DNA of 62,993 bases, counting the filler, from Hyphochytrium catenoides (Eukaryota; Protista; Hyphochytriomycota), in assembly GCA_900088475.1 (NCBI GenBank). It is 11 parts of 11 records of this genome, joined end to end, with 100 filler letters (N's around TTAATTAATTAA, not from the genome) between each part and the next. Parts side by side here need not be neighbours in the genome. Positions count along the whole stretch, not along the records: positions 1 to 9,855 come from FLMG01002397.1; positions 9,956 to 18,668 come from FLMG01000392.1; 9 more parts are not named here. The stretch is one strand, 5' to 3'. Shown here piece after piece: positions 1-13,871 of this stretch (position 1 is the stretch's first letter; every line of letters begins with the position of its first letter). Below the pieces are notes generated by a model, which worked only from the letters and a program-made list of their open reading frames with translations, did not search any database and had not been told where the DNA came from. Made by a program: the position numbers and the translations under genes.

Positions 1-2063
1 ATAGGCAACGCTAGCCCAGCCTTCCATAGAGGTGAGCTCATACAGCGATCTTATGGCGTGCAGGATGTTGTCGAAGCGCTGAGGAACCACCGGGACCCAC
101 TCTGTCTCAATCTCTGTCTGTCCCGTGAAGCAGAGGCAAACTTCTTTAGATGTAGGCCTAAAGCTTAGACTCTGCGCCTTCTCCATCGAAGAAAAGTCAC
201 ATCTCGTGCTCCACGTGCCATACCACGCCGTGGTCATCTCATCCATCTCTTCCCAGCTCTGAGGGAACGACATGAAGTCATAGAGCGCAAGGTTGGCAAA
301 GGTTCCTTCTCCTCCTCCATCTCTTGCAGGCTGCACGCCTGGAAAGGCAGGAGAGAACCATGGAGGGAGAAGGCCTGTCTCTTCATAGGTCGTCGCATAG
401 TTCTTAGGATTCCACGTGCACGTGCTCAACGCGCCTTTGAAGTACATCACGGAGATGATGCCAAAGAGCGTGAGCATGAAGAAGAAGAAGAGCAACGTGT
501 TGAGAATGTCAGGCACACAGCGGAAGAAAGTATTGACCACGAGCTTCAGCTGCGGCATCCGATTGATCACTCTCAATGGACGCAGCGCCCGGAGAGACCG
601 CAAGGCACGAAGAGAGCTCAGCACGCCTCCGCCGCCTCCTTCTGTCAGCATGGACGTGACAGACACAATGACAATGAAGAAATCGAGGATCTTCCAGCCG
701 TCTTTCAGATAAGCTTCGTCTCCAAAGACAATCCCCGTCGCGATAACGTTGACCACCATCTCTGCCGTGAAGATTGTGGCTAACACGCTGTTTGCCACGC
801 TGATAACGTGGCCCAAGGTCGAGTCCGGGTTCATAAGAGGCGTGTCGAGCGCGATGATGACGCAGGAACAGGCGATGAAGACAGAGACGGCGATCTCCCA
901 TTCTGGTCTGCGGATGAGGAAGAGACAGAGCTTTCTCAATGGGTTGCTCTTGGCGAAGAGAAAGAGCGCGTAGTCGTCAGGGAACTTATCTCTAGAAGAA
1001 AAAGAAGAAGAAGAAGAAGTATATTTCTCTTTCTCTCTCGTGGCTGCGCCGTCTCCGCCTCCCAGGGAATGAGACGTAGAAAGACGCAGAGGAGAAGGAG
1101 GCTCTGGAGCTGGCCGGACAGCAGCTGCTGACTTCTTTCCTCCTTCGGCTACCGCAGAAAGAGAGAGAGAGGAACCTTTGTCCTCATGTCTCTTCTCTCC
1201 TCGTCTCTCTTCGTCTCTTTGCCCTTTGTGCTCCTCACAGGAGTGAGAGAGAGACACGTCTCCATTGGGAAAGACTCTCTTCCCCACGTGTGGCGCGTGT
1301 CTAAAGACTAATCTTCTCATGGCGCGCCTCAACTGCCGAGCTTGAAGCTTTGCCAGGGCAGAGAGATGCTCCAGCTCAGGAGAGGACGAGGTCTCAACGT
1401 CTCCATCGTCCATCAGACAGTTCTGGACCAGAATGGCTGAGAACATATTCATCACGATCCAGACGCCGAAGACAATGACAGAGATGATGTACATGGGAGA
1501 GATCCAGCCTACCGCCAGCCATGCGGAGTACATGATAGAGGGGAACTCGTCGTAGGTGATGATCTTGGAGAAAGAGAGAAAAAGAGAGAGAGAGACAGAG
1601 AGAGAGAGACAAAGAGAGAGAGAGAGANNNNNNNNNNNNNNNNNNNNNNNNNNNNNNNNNNNNNNNNNNNGAGGGGTAGAGAGAGAGAGAGAGAGAGAAG
1701 AGAGAGGGAAAGAGAGAGAGGGGGGAAGAAAGAAAGAGAGAGAGAGAGAGAGAAAGAGAAAGAGAGAGAGAGAGAGAGACAGAGAAAGAGAGGAGGAGGG
1801 GTGAAAGTGAGCCAAGAAGAGTGGAAACGTAAGCGCCCAGGAGAGAATAGAGAGAGATTGACGAGAGAAAAAATAGAAAACACTATGGTAAGCCTCAGGA
1901 AAGCACATAAAACCTGTAAACAGTGACAGAGAGAGAGAGAGAGGAAAAGACGGAAGCGAAAAGAGAGAGAGAAAGAGAAAAGGAGAAAATGGACCGTGAC
2001 AGCTGTCTCAAAGCACCACAAGATAAGGAAGACAGGGAAAGAAGAGAGAGAGACACGCACACC

Positions 2064-2105
<42 letters not shown>

Positions 2106-2541
2106 AAGAGATACAGAGAGAGAGATCAGGGTTGGGCAGAACAGTGATGAAGACGGGAAGGAAGAGAAAAATGAGCCGGCTCTTTAGTACCTGGAAGACA
2201 GTGAAGAAAGCGCGGTCAATGGAGTCAAAGTTGGATCGAAAGAGAGAGACGCCTGGACTTGTGTCGTTGAACTCTGCAGGCCGGAACTCCTGGTTAAACT
2301 TCATCTTCGTGGCGANNNNNNNNNNNNNNNNNNNNNNNNNNNNNNNNNNNNNNNNNNNNNNNNNNNNNGAGAGAGAAAAGAGAGAGCTTGCAAGCTATAT
2401 TCTAGACGAAAAAGAAGGAGAAGGACGGATGCGAAGAGAGAAGGAGATAGATATAGACAGGTTAGAGATCAGGGAGAAGAGGAAGAGAGAGAGCGAAGAA
2501 TAATAGAGAGAAGGAGCGAGACAGCGAGAGAGAGAGAGAGG

Positions 2542-2584
<43 letters not shown>

Positions 2585-2903
2585 AGGGAGAGAGGGGCCG
2601 TTCGTACCTCCATGCCAATAAGCGCAAAGATATAGATAAAGAGAATGAGGAAGAAGAGAAAGTTGATGATCTCTCCCATGGACCTCATGATCGCCTCAAA
2701 GAGACGGTTCAAACTCTTCCAGGACCTAACAATCTTCAGCAGTCTGACAGCTCTCAGCGCCGTGAAAGGTCCGCTGTTTCCTGGCGTCCCGTCAATGAAA
2801 GACGGAGGATTGTTGATCATCTCTACGAAGCCCATGATCACGGTGAATGTGTCAAAGCGGTTGAACTTGTCCCTACAAGAGAGAGAGAGAGAGAGAGAGA
2901 GGA

Positions 2904-2938
<35 letters not shown>

Positions 2939-4969
2939 GAGATAGAATATAGGAGCGAGGGAGGACAGAGAGAAGAAAAAGGAAAACGGACAAAGAGGAG
3001 CAGAACCAAGAGAGAGACGGTTGGGGAGAGAAAGAGACGGTTGAGGGTTGGAGGGAGAGAGAGAGAGAGAGGAAGAGGATAAGAGAGAAAGAGGGCGAGA
3101 AATGAAGAGGATGACAGAGTGAGAGAGAAAGAGAGAGAGAGCCAGAGCGAGCGAGCGAGCGAGCGAGAGAGAGAGAGCAGGGGCAAAGAGAGAGAAGTTA
3201 TAATGCGTATGAAAAGAACATGACAAAAGAATGGCAGGACAGTCAGGGATACATCGACACCAAATGGAGGCACCCTAAGAGAGAGACAGAGAGAGAGAGA
3301 GAGACTTTGACAGCTAGAGTTGCAGGACGAGAGCGAGAAGTAGAGAAGAATATAGGAGAGCCAAGCATGATAAGGTGAGTGAAGGGAAGAGAGGCAGAGC
3401 AACACTGAAGGGAAGAGATACAGAGAGGGAGAGAGAGACACACACACACTGAGAGAGAGAGAGAGAGAGAGAGAGAAAGAAAAGGATAGAAGAGAAGAGG
3501 TCAAATGACCTACCTCCAGTATCTCCTGAAGCCCAGCCCGACCATCTTGAGCACCATCTCCACGCAGAACAGCAAGAGAAAAGTAAAGTTTGCCATCTCC
3601 AGACGCCGTTGAAAAGGCTTTTCCATAGGATGATGGTCCATCGCCAGCACGAGGATGTTCCCCACGGTGAGGAGAAGACCTAGAGCGCGGAAGGCGACGG
3701 TTGACGTCTTCTCTCTCACTTTTCTTCGCAGCTCTTTCCAATGAAAAGCTAAGCTCTTCTTCTTCTTTCGTTGAGCGCCTTCGTCTGAATCTCCCATGGA
3801 GCTGTTTGACTGATAGCCTTCCATCAGAGCTCTCTCCTGTTCTTCTNNNNNNNNNNNNNNNNNNNNNNNNNNNNNNNNNNNNNNNNNNNNNNNNAAAGAG
3901 CAAAAAGGGATAACAAGCATGCAGGTAGAGGATGCACTTTTCGATTCGAAGCTAAACAAAAAGTAGGAAATGAAGGAAGAAAGAGGCAGAGAGAGAAAGA
4001 GAGAGAGAAAGAAAGAGGGAAAGGGAGGGAGAAAGAGAGAGAGAAAGAGAGTGAGAGACGAAGGGAGATCCTTCCTCCATCTCACCTTTCTTCTAAGTCT
4101 TTCTCTAACGCTGCAAGCTTCAGCTGCGCCTCCTTGGCCTTGTCGAACTCATTGAAGATAACAGCCATGTTCAGCTGCAGGAGGAAGCACATGCCGAAGA
4201 ACATCAACAAATTGAAATAGAAACCGGAGACAATCCAGGAGTAGGCGTCTTGAGACTGCAGAGACATGAGGAGAGAAGTTTGCCGAGGACAGAAAGAGAG
4301 AGAGAGAAGAGAGAGTGGAGGGGGGAGGAGAGGGAAGNNNNNNNNNNNNNNNNNNNNNNNNNNNNNNNGAGAGAGAGAGAGAGAGAGAGAGACGAAAAAG
4401 GTAACGTTTGTAAGCCTTGGCAGCCAGAAGCTGGTCATAAGTTGTGAGATTAGTCCTTCCGANNNNNNNNNNNNNNNNNNNNNNNNNNNNNNNNNNNNNN
4501 NNNNNNNNNNNNNNNNNNNNNNNNNNNNNNNNNNNNNNNNNNNNNNNNNNNNNNNNNNNNNNNNNNNNNNNNNNNNNNNNNNNNNNNNNNNNNNNNNNNN
4601 NNNNNNNNNNNNNNNNNNNNNNNNNNNNNNNNNNNNNNNNNNNNNNNNNNNNNNNNNNNNNNNNNNNNNNNNNNNNNNNNNNNNNNNNNNNNNNNNNNNN
4701 NNNNNNNNNNNNNNNNNNNNNNNNNNNNNNNNNNNNNNNNNNNNNNNNNNNNNNNNNNNNNNNNNNNNNNNNNNNNNNNNNNNNNNNNNNNNNNNNNNNN
4801 NNNNNNNNNNNNNNNNNNNGAGAGAGAGGAGAGAAAAGAGAGATTACAAGCAGGAAAGATGTGTGGCCAAACGACGGAGGGATGCTAAGATAACTCAAAC
4901 AGAAGAACAGCCAGGACATAGCAGACCCTCCTGTCTCTTTCTTGACCCTCGTGTCTCTCTCTCTCCGCG

Positions 4970-5000
<31 letters not shown>

Positions 5001-6817
5001 ACACTTACATTCTGTGTGAGCACCATCCATCCTGAGGCTGTCACCACCTGGATGACGATGATCATCGCGCTAGCGATAGAGTCAAAGTTCGTGAAGCCAA
5101 AGTTGAGATTATCGAGGAAGTCTGACTCTTGCATAATCGAATAGTCAAGCGTCCCATTGACGAAGACATCAAGGAATCTGGGATTGCCGACAGAGTCAAA
5201 GTTAGAGCCGCAATAGCGGTCTGCAGGGCAGTCTCTGCCAGTGTTACTGGACAGCCCGCAGTAGAGCTTGTCATTGTGGTCAATAGGCCAGAAGCAAGGC
5301 TTAGGCTCTGTCCAGATATCATCGACTGGATCAATGTCTCCGCATCTGAACTGCAAGGGATCCTGGCGGACGATGTTTACCCAGCTTTGGTTGGGATAGA
5401 GCCCGGTCTGAGGAGCGTTGAGAGGATCAAAGTTAAGAGTGACAGGGAAAGGTGTAAGGCGGCAGCGGCCGTGGTATGTCCCTCGCCATAGTTCCATCCC
5501 TAGAATCCCAAAGACTAAGTAGCTGAAGAGAAGCAAGATGACGACGTTGAAGAGCGCCGGGAGAGAGGCCATCAGGCAATTGACGAGGACTCGTAACCCT
5601 GTGCCAGAGAGAAGAAGAGAGAGAGGAGAGGTCAATGGAAGTAGAGCGAAAGAAAGCAAGAGATATTTCAGAAAAGAAAAAAGACAGAACGTGAGATCCC
5701 GAAGAGAGAGAGAGAGACAGACAGAGACAGACAGACAGACAAAGAGAGAGAGAGAGAACGGGGCTGAGAGAATGAGAGAGAGAGAGCACTGATATTGACG
5801 AAGGGAATATCGAAAGAAGACCACAACTTAAAAAGCGAAGCCACGGTACCTGGCAAAGCGTGTAGCGTCCGTAGTGGCCTCAGCACTCTGAGGACGCGGA
5901 GCATGCTAAACTTTGCCGACATATTCAGCCAGGAGAGACAACTGCGGAAATGTAAACGAGGGAGCCGTGAGAGACAGATAAAGGCGTCACGACCAGATAA
6001 GCCGGCGATTGGGAGCAAGAGAGGCAGAGAGTGTACGGGAACACACAGGCTAGATGATGACCAGAGAAAGAGAGAGAAACGAGAGAAAGGTGCCGTCAGT
6101 AGGGCAAAAAATTGAAGAAGAGGAAGAGTTCGAGCAGTGTGACGGTGACAATATGCCCGTGGCATCTCCTTATCCAGCTCTAGCCATGGCTCTATTTCTC
6201 TATGTCTGCCTTACCCTGCGAGGACGACTATGAAGTCCATTTTATTCCAGTTATCGCTCAGGAACGTTGACTCTCCCCAGACAAAGCCCATGGCAATGAC
6301 CTTGATCACGACTTCCCCCATGAAGATGCCTAGGCTAATATTGTTTGTCGTGTCAACGATGATGTTTCGTATCTTCGTAGGATTGGGTCCCGTTTCCCAA
6401 GGATCCGAGTAGTCTACGATCCCTAGTATCGCAGTGTTTATCAGGACAACCAAGAGGATTATCCTGTCGAACCAGGGCCATAGTATAAGCCTAATAAACG
6501 CTCTCCTGACTGGATTGTCCAGAGATATAAAGCCTAAAGAGTACTCTGCGAGCTGATCCGGCGGGAACGTGGAGAAAGCGCAGTAGAGTTGAGCAATCAG
6601 TTCGAGGCATTTGCAAGGAAAGGACACGATAACTTACTGTCGTAACATGAGCTGTGGACATGGATTTCTCCAGACGTCTCTTGGAAGGAGACCTTGAAAG
6701 CTTCCGACCGAGGCCAGATGTTGAAGCTGAAGGGGCGCTGTCCGCATTTGTGGGAGTTGGCGGCATTGGAGCCACTGCTCCGGGAGCCTTTCGGCCCGTC
6801 GCCTGGTGGTCTAACAT
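1..6817 (-). CDS. Four-domain voltage-gated Ca2+/Na+ channel alpha subunit (domains I-III seen; 3' end runs off the window)
   Basis: Manually spliced GT-AG exons: 6817-6638, 6552-6215, 5941-5850, 5598-5009, 4255-4086, (gap)3846-3514, 2872-2608, (gap)2314-2191, 1563-1. S4 voltage sensors MLRVLRVLRPLRTL, ALRAVRLLKIVR and LRALRSLRALRPLRVINR. Also DNWNKMDFIVV and pore loops FTNFDSI..QVVTASGW, NFDSI..FQIITYDEF and RFDNI..ELTSMEGW. The start ATG at 6817 is tentative. Confidence 0.93.
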
Positions 6818-9800
6818 GTAGGTAGATTGCCTCGGCTCTGAAGCCCAGTAGCCTAACTGGCATCAACCAATGCTGCGTCAAAACTGGACCGCCACTTTGT
6901 CTCAAGATGGTCTTTGGTCAAGAAAGACCATAAACAGCGACTGCCCTGCATACGCCTTGTTTGAGAGAGAGCACATACTGGATATAATGCACCGGCTGGG
7001 AAGCCAACCATCTACTCCTTGATCAGCAGCATCGAACCTAACCGTTCGTCAACCCTAAGCTCTTCCTCACGCCACGTGCAGCTCAAGCATAACTGCTGAG
7101 ATCCTAGATATAAGGCTATGGAGCCCCGCTATAGGCGTAGCACTCGCTCTTGTCTGAGACTGCCGGGGCCGATGATGACGTCGAAGACGGCGCGCGGTCG
7201 ATGACGCTGCAGCCCCGATGACAGGCGAGAGAGCGCCCTCGCCGCCGCGGGATCGTAACGCCTAAAGAATTCAATTGTTTCAATGAATTCTTCCTGACGC
7301 TTTTTGCCACCAGCTTTGTGGATGTATAAGATTTGTTTCGGAAAGGGGAGTCTTTCCAAGGAAAGTATACCAGTAAAGAGTGGTAAAACTGTAGTGGCAT
7401 TCGAAATAATAGGAGCTGCTGCCCTGATAAAGGTTGACGCTATTCAGAATCCTATGAGGGTTGTAACCAACNNNNNNNNNNNNNNNNNNNNNNNNNNNNN
7501 NNNNNNNNNNNNNNNNNNNNNNNNNNNNNNNNNNNNNNNNNNNNNNNNNNNNNNNNNCTCTGTCTCACACACTCCTATACTCACTCTCTCTCTCCTTCTT
7601 CTTTCCATCGTAGGCTTCCTTTTTGTAGTCATCAGCACTTTTGCCGCTCCTTTACCCACTACTAATCCGTCTAATGTTCAAGAAAGGAAGGGCCTGGCCA
7701 TCTCTAGGGCAGAGCAACGGTAGCCGTCAAGCATCAACCTGTCGCCCCTTCTTCTCTCTTCTTGCTTCGCTATCAACACCTCTTATGCGACGTTCGCCCT
7801 CCTGTCTGTCTGTCCTCGAATTGGTTTCCTTTCTCTCTCTCTTTTCTCTCTCTTCTCTCCCCTCTTGTCTTTCTTTCCTGTTCGGAACGTCTCTGCCGTA
7901 TCCTCTCGGATATCTCTTTCTCTCTCTCTTTCGTTAACTCTCTCTTGCGTTGTTCCTTTCTCCCTTCTCTCTTAACGTCTCTGTCTCTCTTCTCCGACAT
8001 TCACACACCACCACCCTTCTTCCTCTCTACTACCTCCCTCACTGCTTGCACTATCTAGTTGATGCTAAGATAATTCTGTTGTCTTCCCGCCAATTTGTAC
8101 TGCTTCCCTTCTCAAGATAGTCTCTCCCTTTTTGCCGGGTCATTCCAGCGGTTTCTGCCTGGTTTCTTTGTTTTGAAAATTGGAATAAATGTTCTCTTTT
8201 CCTATCCTCGGCCTCCCATCAATCCCTTTGCATATTTCTTTTGCAGCCACTTTGATAGCCAGAATGAGTCCACTCGATGATGACTCTCTTCTTCACTACC
8301 ACTCCAAGGCAGGCCTGCACCCCTACTGGCTGCTGCTTCGTCTAGTGCAGAAGGGAGGCTCCCTCCTTAGCTTAATATCTCTTTTCTTGATTGCAAGCCA
8401 TTGATAGCTTTGTACCCGCCCGCCGGGTGGCTCTCATCGCGCTCTTCCCTACCTCTAGTTATTGGAAATGCGATTATTGACATATTGTCTTTCTCCTCTG
8501 TCTTTGCCGGTTGTCCCATCCGCTCTTTCTGTTAAACCTAGTTTTCTTCCACTTCATATCGGTTTCTTACTAGCTGAGAATAGCTGGGAGGAGGTGGATG
8601 ATGAAGCCTTCCTCCCAAAGCTCTTCTATTACCTTCACTGGTGGAGGAGAGAGTCCAGCGGACATCATCATCATTAACGTGCATTATCCTATCTTAACAT
8701 TCTCATCTTTTCTGCTATAAGGCAACAACTAGGAGGCATACGGGAACCTTGGGCCCAGTACGCCATTCGGGGGCGACGAAAGAAAAGTGGAGAAAGAACG
8801 GCAGACAGGAGCTGCGGTTGCCAGAGTCTGACCAGAATATTTGCCTCAACAGTTAATCTCTTCTGTAGCAGGAACAGAGGATTGAAGGCTTACCACCATC
8901 TTGCCTCCACGGGCGAAACAAGTGCAAATAGAATCTCTTTCTGCACGGTGTGTACGCGAGGAACCCAAAGAATCACTTATGTTGGACAGATTTCTCGCTA
9001 GTTCTCCGTTGTGTCTCCTTCTCCTCTTCTGATAAGACACTCGGAGTAATGTCCCTGCGCTCAGGATTTATCGATGTACTATGTCAGATATAACTTGTGA
9101 CTCTATATGATGACGGTAATCTCTACTAGCATTACTAGAAACATTACTAGCACATCATGAGGCTGCTATCCCCACCACAGCAAAAGCTGCACGTGGAGAG
9201 AAAATAAAATGGAGAGTGTCCCGCCACCACGTAGTATCACGTACTCCGTTACAGCTTGAACTACCGTGACCACTGCACGCAAAGAGAAGAACGACGATAC
9301 CAGGGGACTATTGTGAAGAAGAAGACCCTAAAGAACGTTGAGAAATGGGAAGAAGGAGAAAGAAGTATCATCCTTGTAGTAGGTAGTAGGAAGTGGTCAA
9401 CCTAACGATGGCGGGTCTGAGGTCCGTCTTCTGTTAGCGGAAGAACTTTCGGTCTTTTGGCCGCTTTCTTAGAGAGCATTAGATTAGACAGAGCGGCCAT
9501 AACGAGGGCCAATCGGCCATCATTATAGGTAAGGAGGCACCTCCTAGGATGAGGAAAGTCTCATAGGGTTCTACAGAGCTGAAGCGGTGATGCTGCTCGC
9601 TGCGGCGCTAGAGGTGGCGGCGGCGGAGGTGGAAGGTGTAGTGCACTCATTGGAATGTAACGGACAGATTATGATCGCTGTAACCCCCTCCAGGAATCTT
9701 TGAAATCTTGCCTGGGTCGAACCTAGGAAATATTCCACTGTCAGCTTGTTGTCCTATGTTTGTACTATTTTTCTATTTTTCCAGCAATGTTCCAATGTTT

Positions 9801-9955
9801 CATGCTCACACTGCTCTATCGCAGATAAAAGGGAAATGAAGGGGGTACCCTTGTGNNNNNNNNNNNNNNNNNNNNNNNNNNNNNNNNNNNNNNNNNNNNT
9901 TAATTAATTAANNNNNNNNNNNNNNNNNNNNNNNNNNNNNNNNNNNNNNNNNNNN

Positions 9956-10438
9956 GGAGCTGTTTCTCTCTTCTTTCTCGTCTCCTTCTTCCTCTGCTTC
10001 AGACTCTTCTTCCTCATCAGCTTCTTCGTCATCAGTAGAGGTAGAGACGTCTTCTCTTTCTCTCTCTTTTTCGGTGAGTCTTTCCTCAGGATCATAGTCA
10101 TCATCGCTCGAGCTAGCGGGGGCGCAGACAAGAGATGAGAACGACTAACTGGAGAGGCTTATGGGGCAGGGAGAAGAAAGAGAAAAAGAGAGAGAGAGAG
10201 AGTGTACGGAGAGAGAGCGAAGTATTTTATGGACTGTAGGCAAGAAAAGAGAGAACTACATGGCGGAAAGAGAGAGAGATAAACGAAGGGAAAAGACGAA
10301 AGACCTTGAGTCCTCTGCGTCTGCCTCTTTTGTGCCTTCCTTGTGATGGGGTTTGTCCTCCTAAGAGCGTTTGATCAGAAAGAAAGTTAAGGCCCTTGCC
10401 TTCAAATTAGCGTCTTCTCTCTCTCCTCTGTCTCTCTT

Positions 10439-10514
<76 letters not shown>

Positions 10515-10774
10515 TTTCCTTGAGACTGTTGCTGCTCTAACCCTGTAAGAAGTTCTCGCGTGATTCCGTTAAGGTCTACGCTTCTTTCCTCGCTCGCTCG
10601 CTCTCTCTCTCCCTCCTCATGAGTCTCTCTCCTTTCTCTCTTGAACCTCCTCCGCGGTCACTGTTTCCTTCCTCAAAAGACGTACCTTACGCTGCAATCT
10701 TCTCAGTGAGTCCGTGAACTCTGCAATAGGACCTTGTTCGTTCCTGTCTATCATGCTAAACTCCACCTGCTCAT

Positions 10775-10850
<76 letters not shown>

Positions 10851-11585
10851 CAAAGAGGGAGAAAGAGAAAGGTGAACAGAGAGAGAGAAAAAATGCGGAG
10901 AGGACGCAGGGGAGGGAAGAGAACAAGACTCCCCGGTCACAAGAGAAGAGGACGGGATGAGCTGAGGTTCGACAGGCAGACGATGAGGTGACCAGGGTAA
11001 AACAGTGAAAGATCTGAGTCCCGGAAGAGAGACAATAGTAGAGAAAGAGAAAGAAAGAGACACAAGAGAGAGAGTGTACGAGAGAGAAAGGGCAAGAGAG
11101 GGGTATCAGGACAAGCATACAGACAGTATCCTAACCTTGGATCCGTCTGAAAGTTCCACCACCAGATCAAACGTCCGTGCACTGCCGCTACGGCTGGACT
11201 GAGGATGTGAAGAGAGAGAGAGAGAGGCCACAAGAGAGATAGAGGGGCGACAAGAGAAAATGGATCGAAGACAGAGAGATGGATAAGGACAACAGTAAGA
11301 GATGGATCAGAGAAAGACAGAGGTGGAAGAGTAGAAAGAGAGAGAACGAACGAGAGAGATGCAGCTGTGCTGCCAAGAAACGGGGGAGAAAAAAGAAGTA
11401 GAACTCTACCTGCAGAGAAGAGATCTCTTTGATTGGGAGAAAGAGGTAGGGCCTCATAAAGAATAACCTGAGAGAGACAGAGGCATTATTTATATCTAGC
11501 TAGCATTTGCTGTATCTTCGCACAATGCTATTCTAACTCTCTCTTTCTCTGTCTATTCTCTCTCTGTCTGCTCTCTCTTTGTCTG

Positions 11586-11621
<36 letters not shown>

Positions 11622-13871
11622 GAAGATCAGCCATAAAGCACCTTCTTACCCCTCGGCCAAGAGAAAGAGCTCTCCGTCAGAAGTCTTATAAAAGCACCGA
11701 ACGAAAGGCTCCCCAGAGGCAGAACTGCGGAAAGAGACTCCTTTCTCTCTCTTCGTTGCCTTTTCATCCACGCTAATATAGCTTTTCTCCTCCTTTCTCA
11801 CGACGATGGCCCGCAGGAAAGTCTCGACGACCTGTCGTTGGGTTCCTCTAAATTGAACAGGAAGGTTGAGACTCTTAGGAAGAGTAGTAGGGAGAGAGAG
11901 TAAGAGAGATTGAGGAGGGTAGAGTGAGAAGAGATAGTGAGAAAGAGGAGACGGAAAGAGAGGGACGGAGAGAGAGACACAGAGAGAGAAGAGAGACAGA
12001 GAGGAACAGAGAGAGAGAGAGAGAGAGGTTATTTGGGGCTGAGGAATTTTTAGACGCTATAGACGGACAATCGACGTGAACTGTCACGGTTAGTACTTCT
12101 GGAAGGCAAAAACTGTCCAGTAGTGACGGAGGCAAAGAGGAAAGAAGACAAGAAAGGCAACATAAAGAGAGGGGAACTTTGTTTCCTTCCAAGAGAAAGG
12201 AAAGAGAAAGGTGATATAATCTAGACAGAGGAAGGACAAGAGAGAGAGAAAGAGAGAAAAGAGAGAGAGAGAAAGAGCAAGAGCAAGAGAGGGAAGGCAA
12301 AGAGACAAAGAGAGAAGAAAAGCCAACAGAGAGAGAGACGAAAAGCGAGCAAAAGAGACATAGAAGAAATAAGCGAAGGAAAAAAGAGAAGAGAAAGAAA
12401 GCAACAGCGAGGGTGACGATATAAAAAGGAGAAGCGAAGGAGTGAAGCAAGAAAGAGAAGAGAAAGAGGTTAAGGAGAGAGAGGGAGAGTGTAGCAGGGA
12501 GGCTCCGAAGGCACTCACATTTCCCTCTCTGAACTGCCAGGCTCGTGTTTCTCCTCCCTCGTCGGTCTGACAGACGAAGTAGGAGAGAGAAGACTTGCGT
12601 ACAATGACAGGCTCCTCCAGGTGCAGGACGAATAACCAGCTGACAATCGCCTTGTGACGTGAGTCCTTTTGAAGAGAGAGAGAGAAAGACCGTGAGACAA
12701 AGAGGGAGAGAGAGAGAGAGAATAAAGAATAAGGGCGGGCCAGAAAACGGAGAAAGAAAGACAGCGAAGCCGCAAGAGATAGAGAATTAGAAGGAGACAG
12801 ACAAGGAAGAGAAGGAGGTGCCGCACGTGCGAAAGAAAGACGGGAGAAAGGGCCCAGAGTAGCGTGATCGGAAGATGCCACGCGAGGAAAAGAGAGAGAG
12901 AGAAGAAAGAGACAATGCGCGGCAGAGTAAAGAGTGAGAGAGACGTTGCGAGGGCGTGTGTATGTGTGGAGAGAGACACAGACAGAGAGAAAGAGAGAGA
13001 GTGAGAGAATAAAAAAGAAGGGCCAGCTCACCTTTTTCGGCAAACAGAGACAGTGGCGGATGCTATTGAGTGGAATGCTGACTGTGATGGCGTTCTCGGG
13101 CTTGCCCGAAGCCGAAGAGAGAAGGAGCTCGGACTCGAATAATGTCACATCAAACTTCCCTCGAGGCTGGTGGAAGGTCAGTCCAGGCAGCTCCACCAGC
13201 TTCGTCTGGTAAAGAAGAGATACGGTAAGGGAGAGAGATACGGGACGGAGAGAGAGAGAGCAGAGACAGAGAGACAGAGGGCAGAGAGAGAGACATAGAG
13301 AGAAGAGAGAGTGAGCGAGCGAGAGGGGGAGAGAGAGACAGAGGAGGAGGAGGAGGAGGAGGAGAGTGAGAAAAGGGGGGAAGAGAAGAGAGAAAGGGGT
13401 AAGAAAAGAAGGAGAGAGGCGGGAAAGAAGGCGAGAGAGAGGAGAGCGAAGGGAGAGAGAAAGAGACAAAAACGGAAGCAAGGAGCCTCGGAATCACTAA
13501 CAAAGAGAGAGAGACACGGAACAAGGGAAGCCGGGAGAGAGAGTGAGAGCAACCGCTGAAAGTAGTCAGTGGGACAGATCGAGAGGGAGACAGGGATCTC
13601 CAAGAGAAGGGTAAAATAGAGAGAGGATGACCGACAGTCTAAAAGAGACAGAACCTACTGCAGAGAGCTCTTCCCGCTTCTGATCATCTTGGTCTGTCTT
13701 TCTTTTAACAGCTTGTGCCTTCAGATGCCTCGCTAGCCCCTCTGCTAACTCCAGAGCCTCAGTCGGATCTGGCCCCAGAACTTCAAGAAGAAAATCTGCA
13801 AGACGAGGTACATCTTTGGTCTTGATCGCCACCTCCCATGTCGCCTCCATCGATGGCGCTGTATTAGCCAT
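9956..13871 (-). CDS. SSRP1/Pob3/Rtt106-like double-PH-domain histone chaperone (multi-exon, 3' end truncated by gap)
   Basis: Exon pieces in the expected order: MANTAPSM.. (13871-13659), LTFHQPRGKFDVTLF (~13207-13031), WLFVLHLEEPVIVRKSS (~12668-12519), FVRCFYKTSDGELFLLAEG (~11720-11650), LFFMRPYLFLPIKEISS (~11467-11410), SARTFDLVVEL (~11195-11135), VEFSMIDRNE (~10766-10687), and an acidic tail DDDYDPEE..DDEEADEEEE (~10110-9956). These match the SSRP1/Rtt106 motifs PRG.F/YD, C..K...G.L, RTFDL and EFS.ID..E. Confidence 0.72.
10425..10510. repeat. (CT)n microsatellite, representative of dozens of CT/GA tracts in the window
   Basis: Near-perfect dinucleotide run. Similar tracts at ~10779-10842, 17767-17812, 20700-20754, 46940-46988, 47600-47656 and 57350-57386. 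Confidence 0.97.

Noticed and set aside
8150-8680. Gypsy integrase C-terminus / chromodomain relic (..GFLLAENSWEE..)
   Set aside because: Only one short motif-like word, with no supporting integrase or RT motifs.
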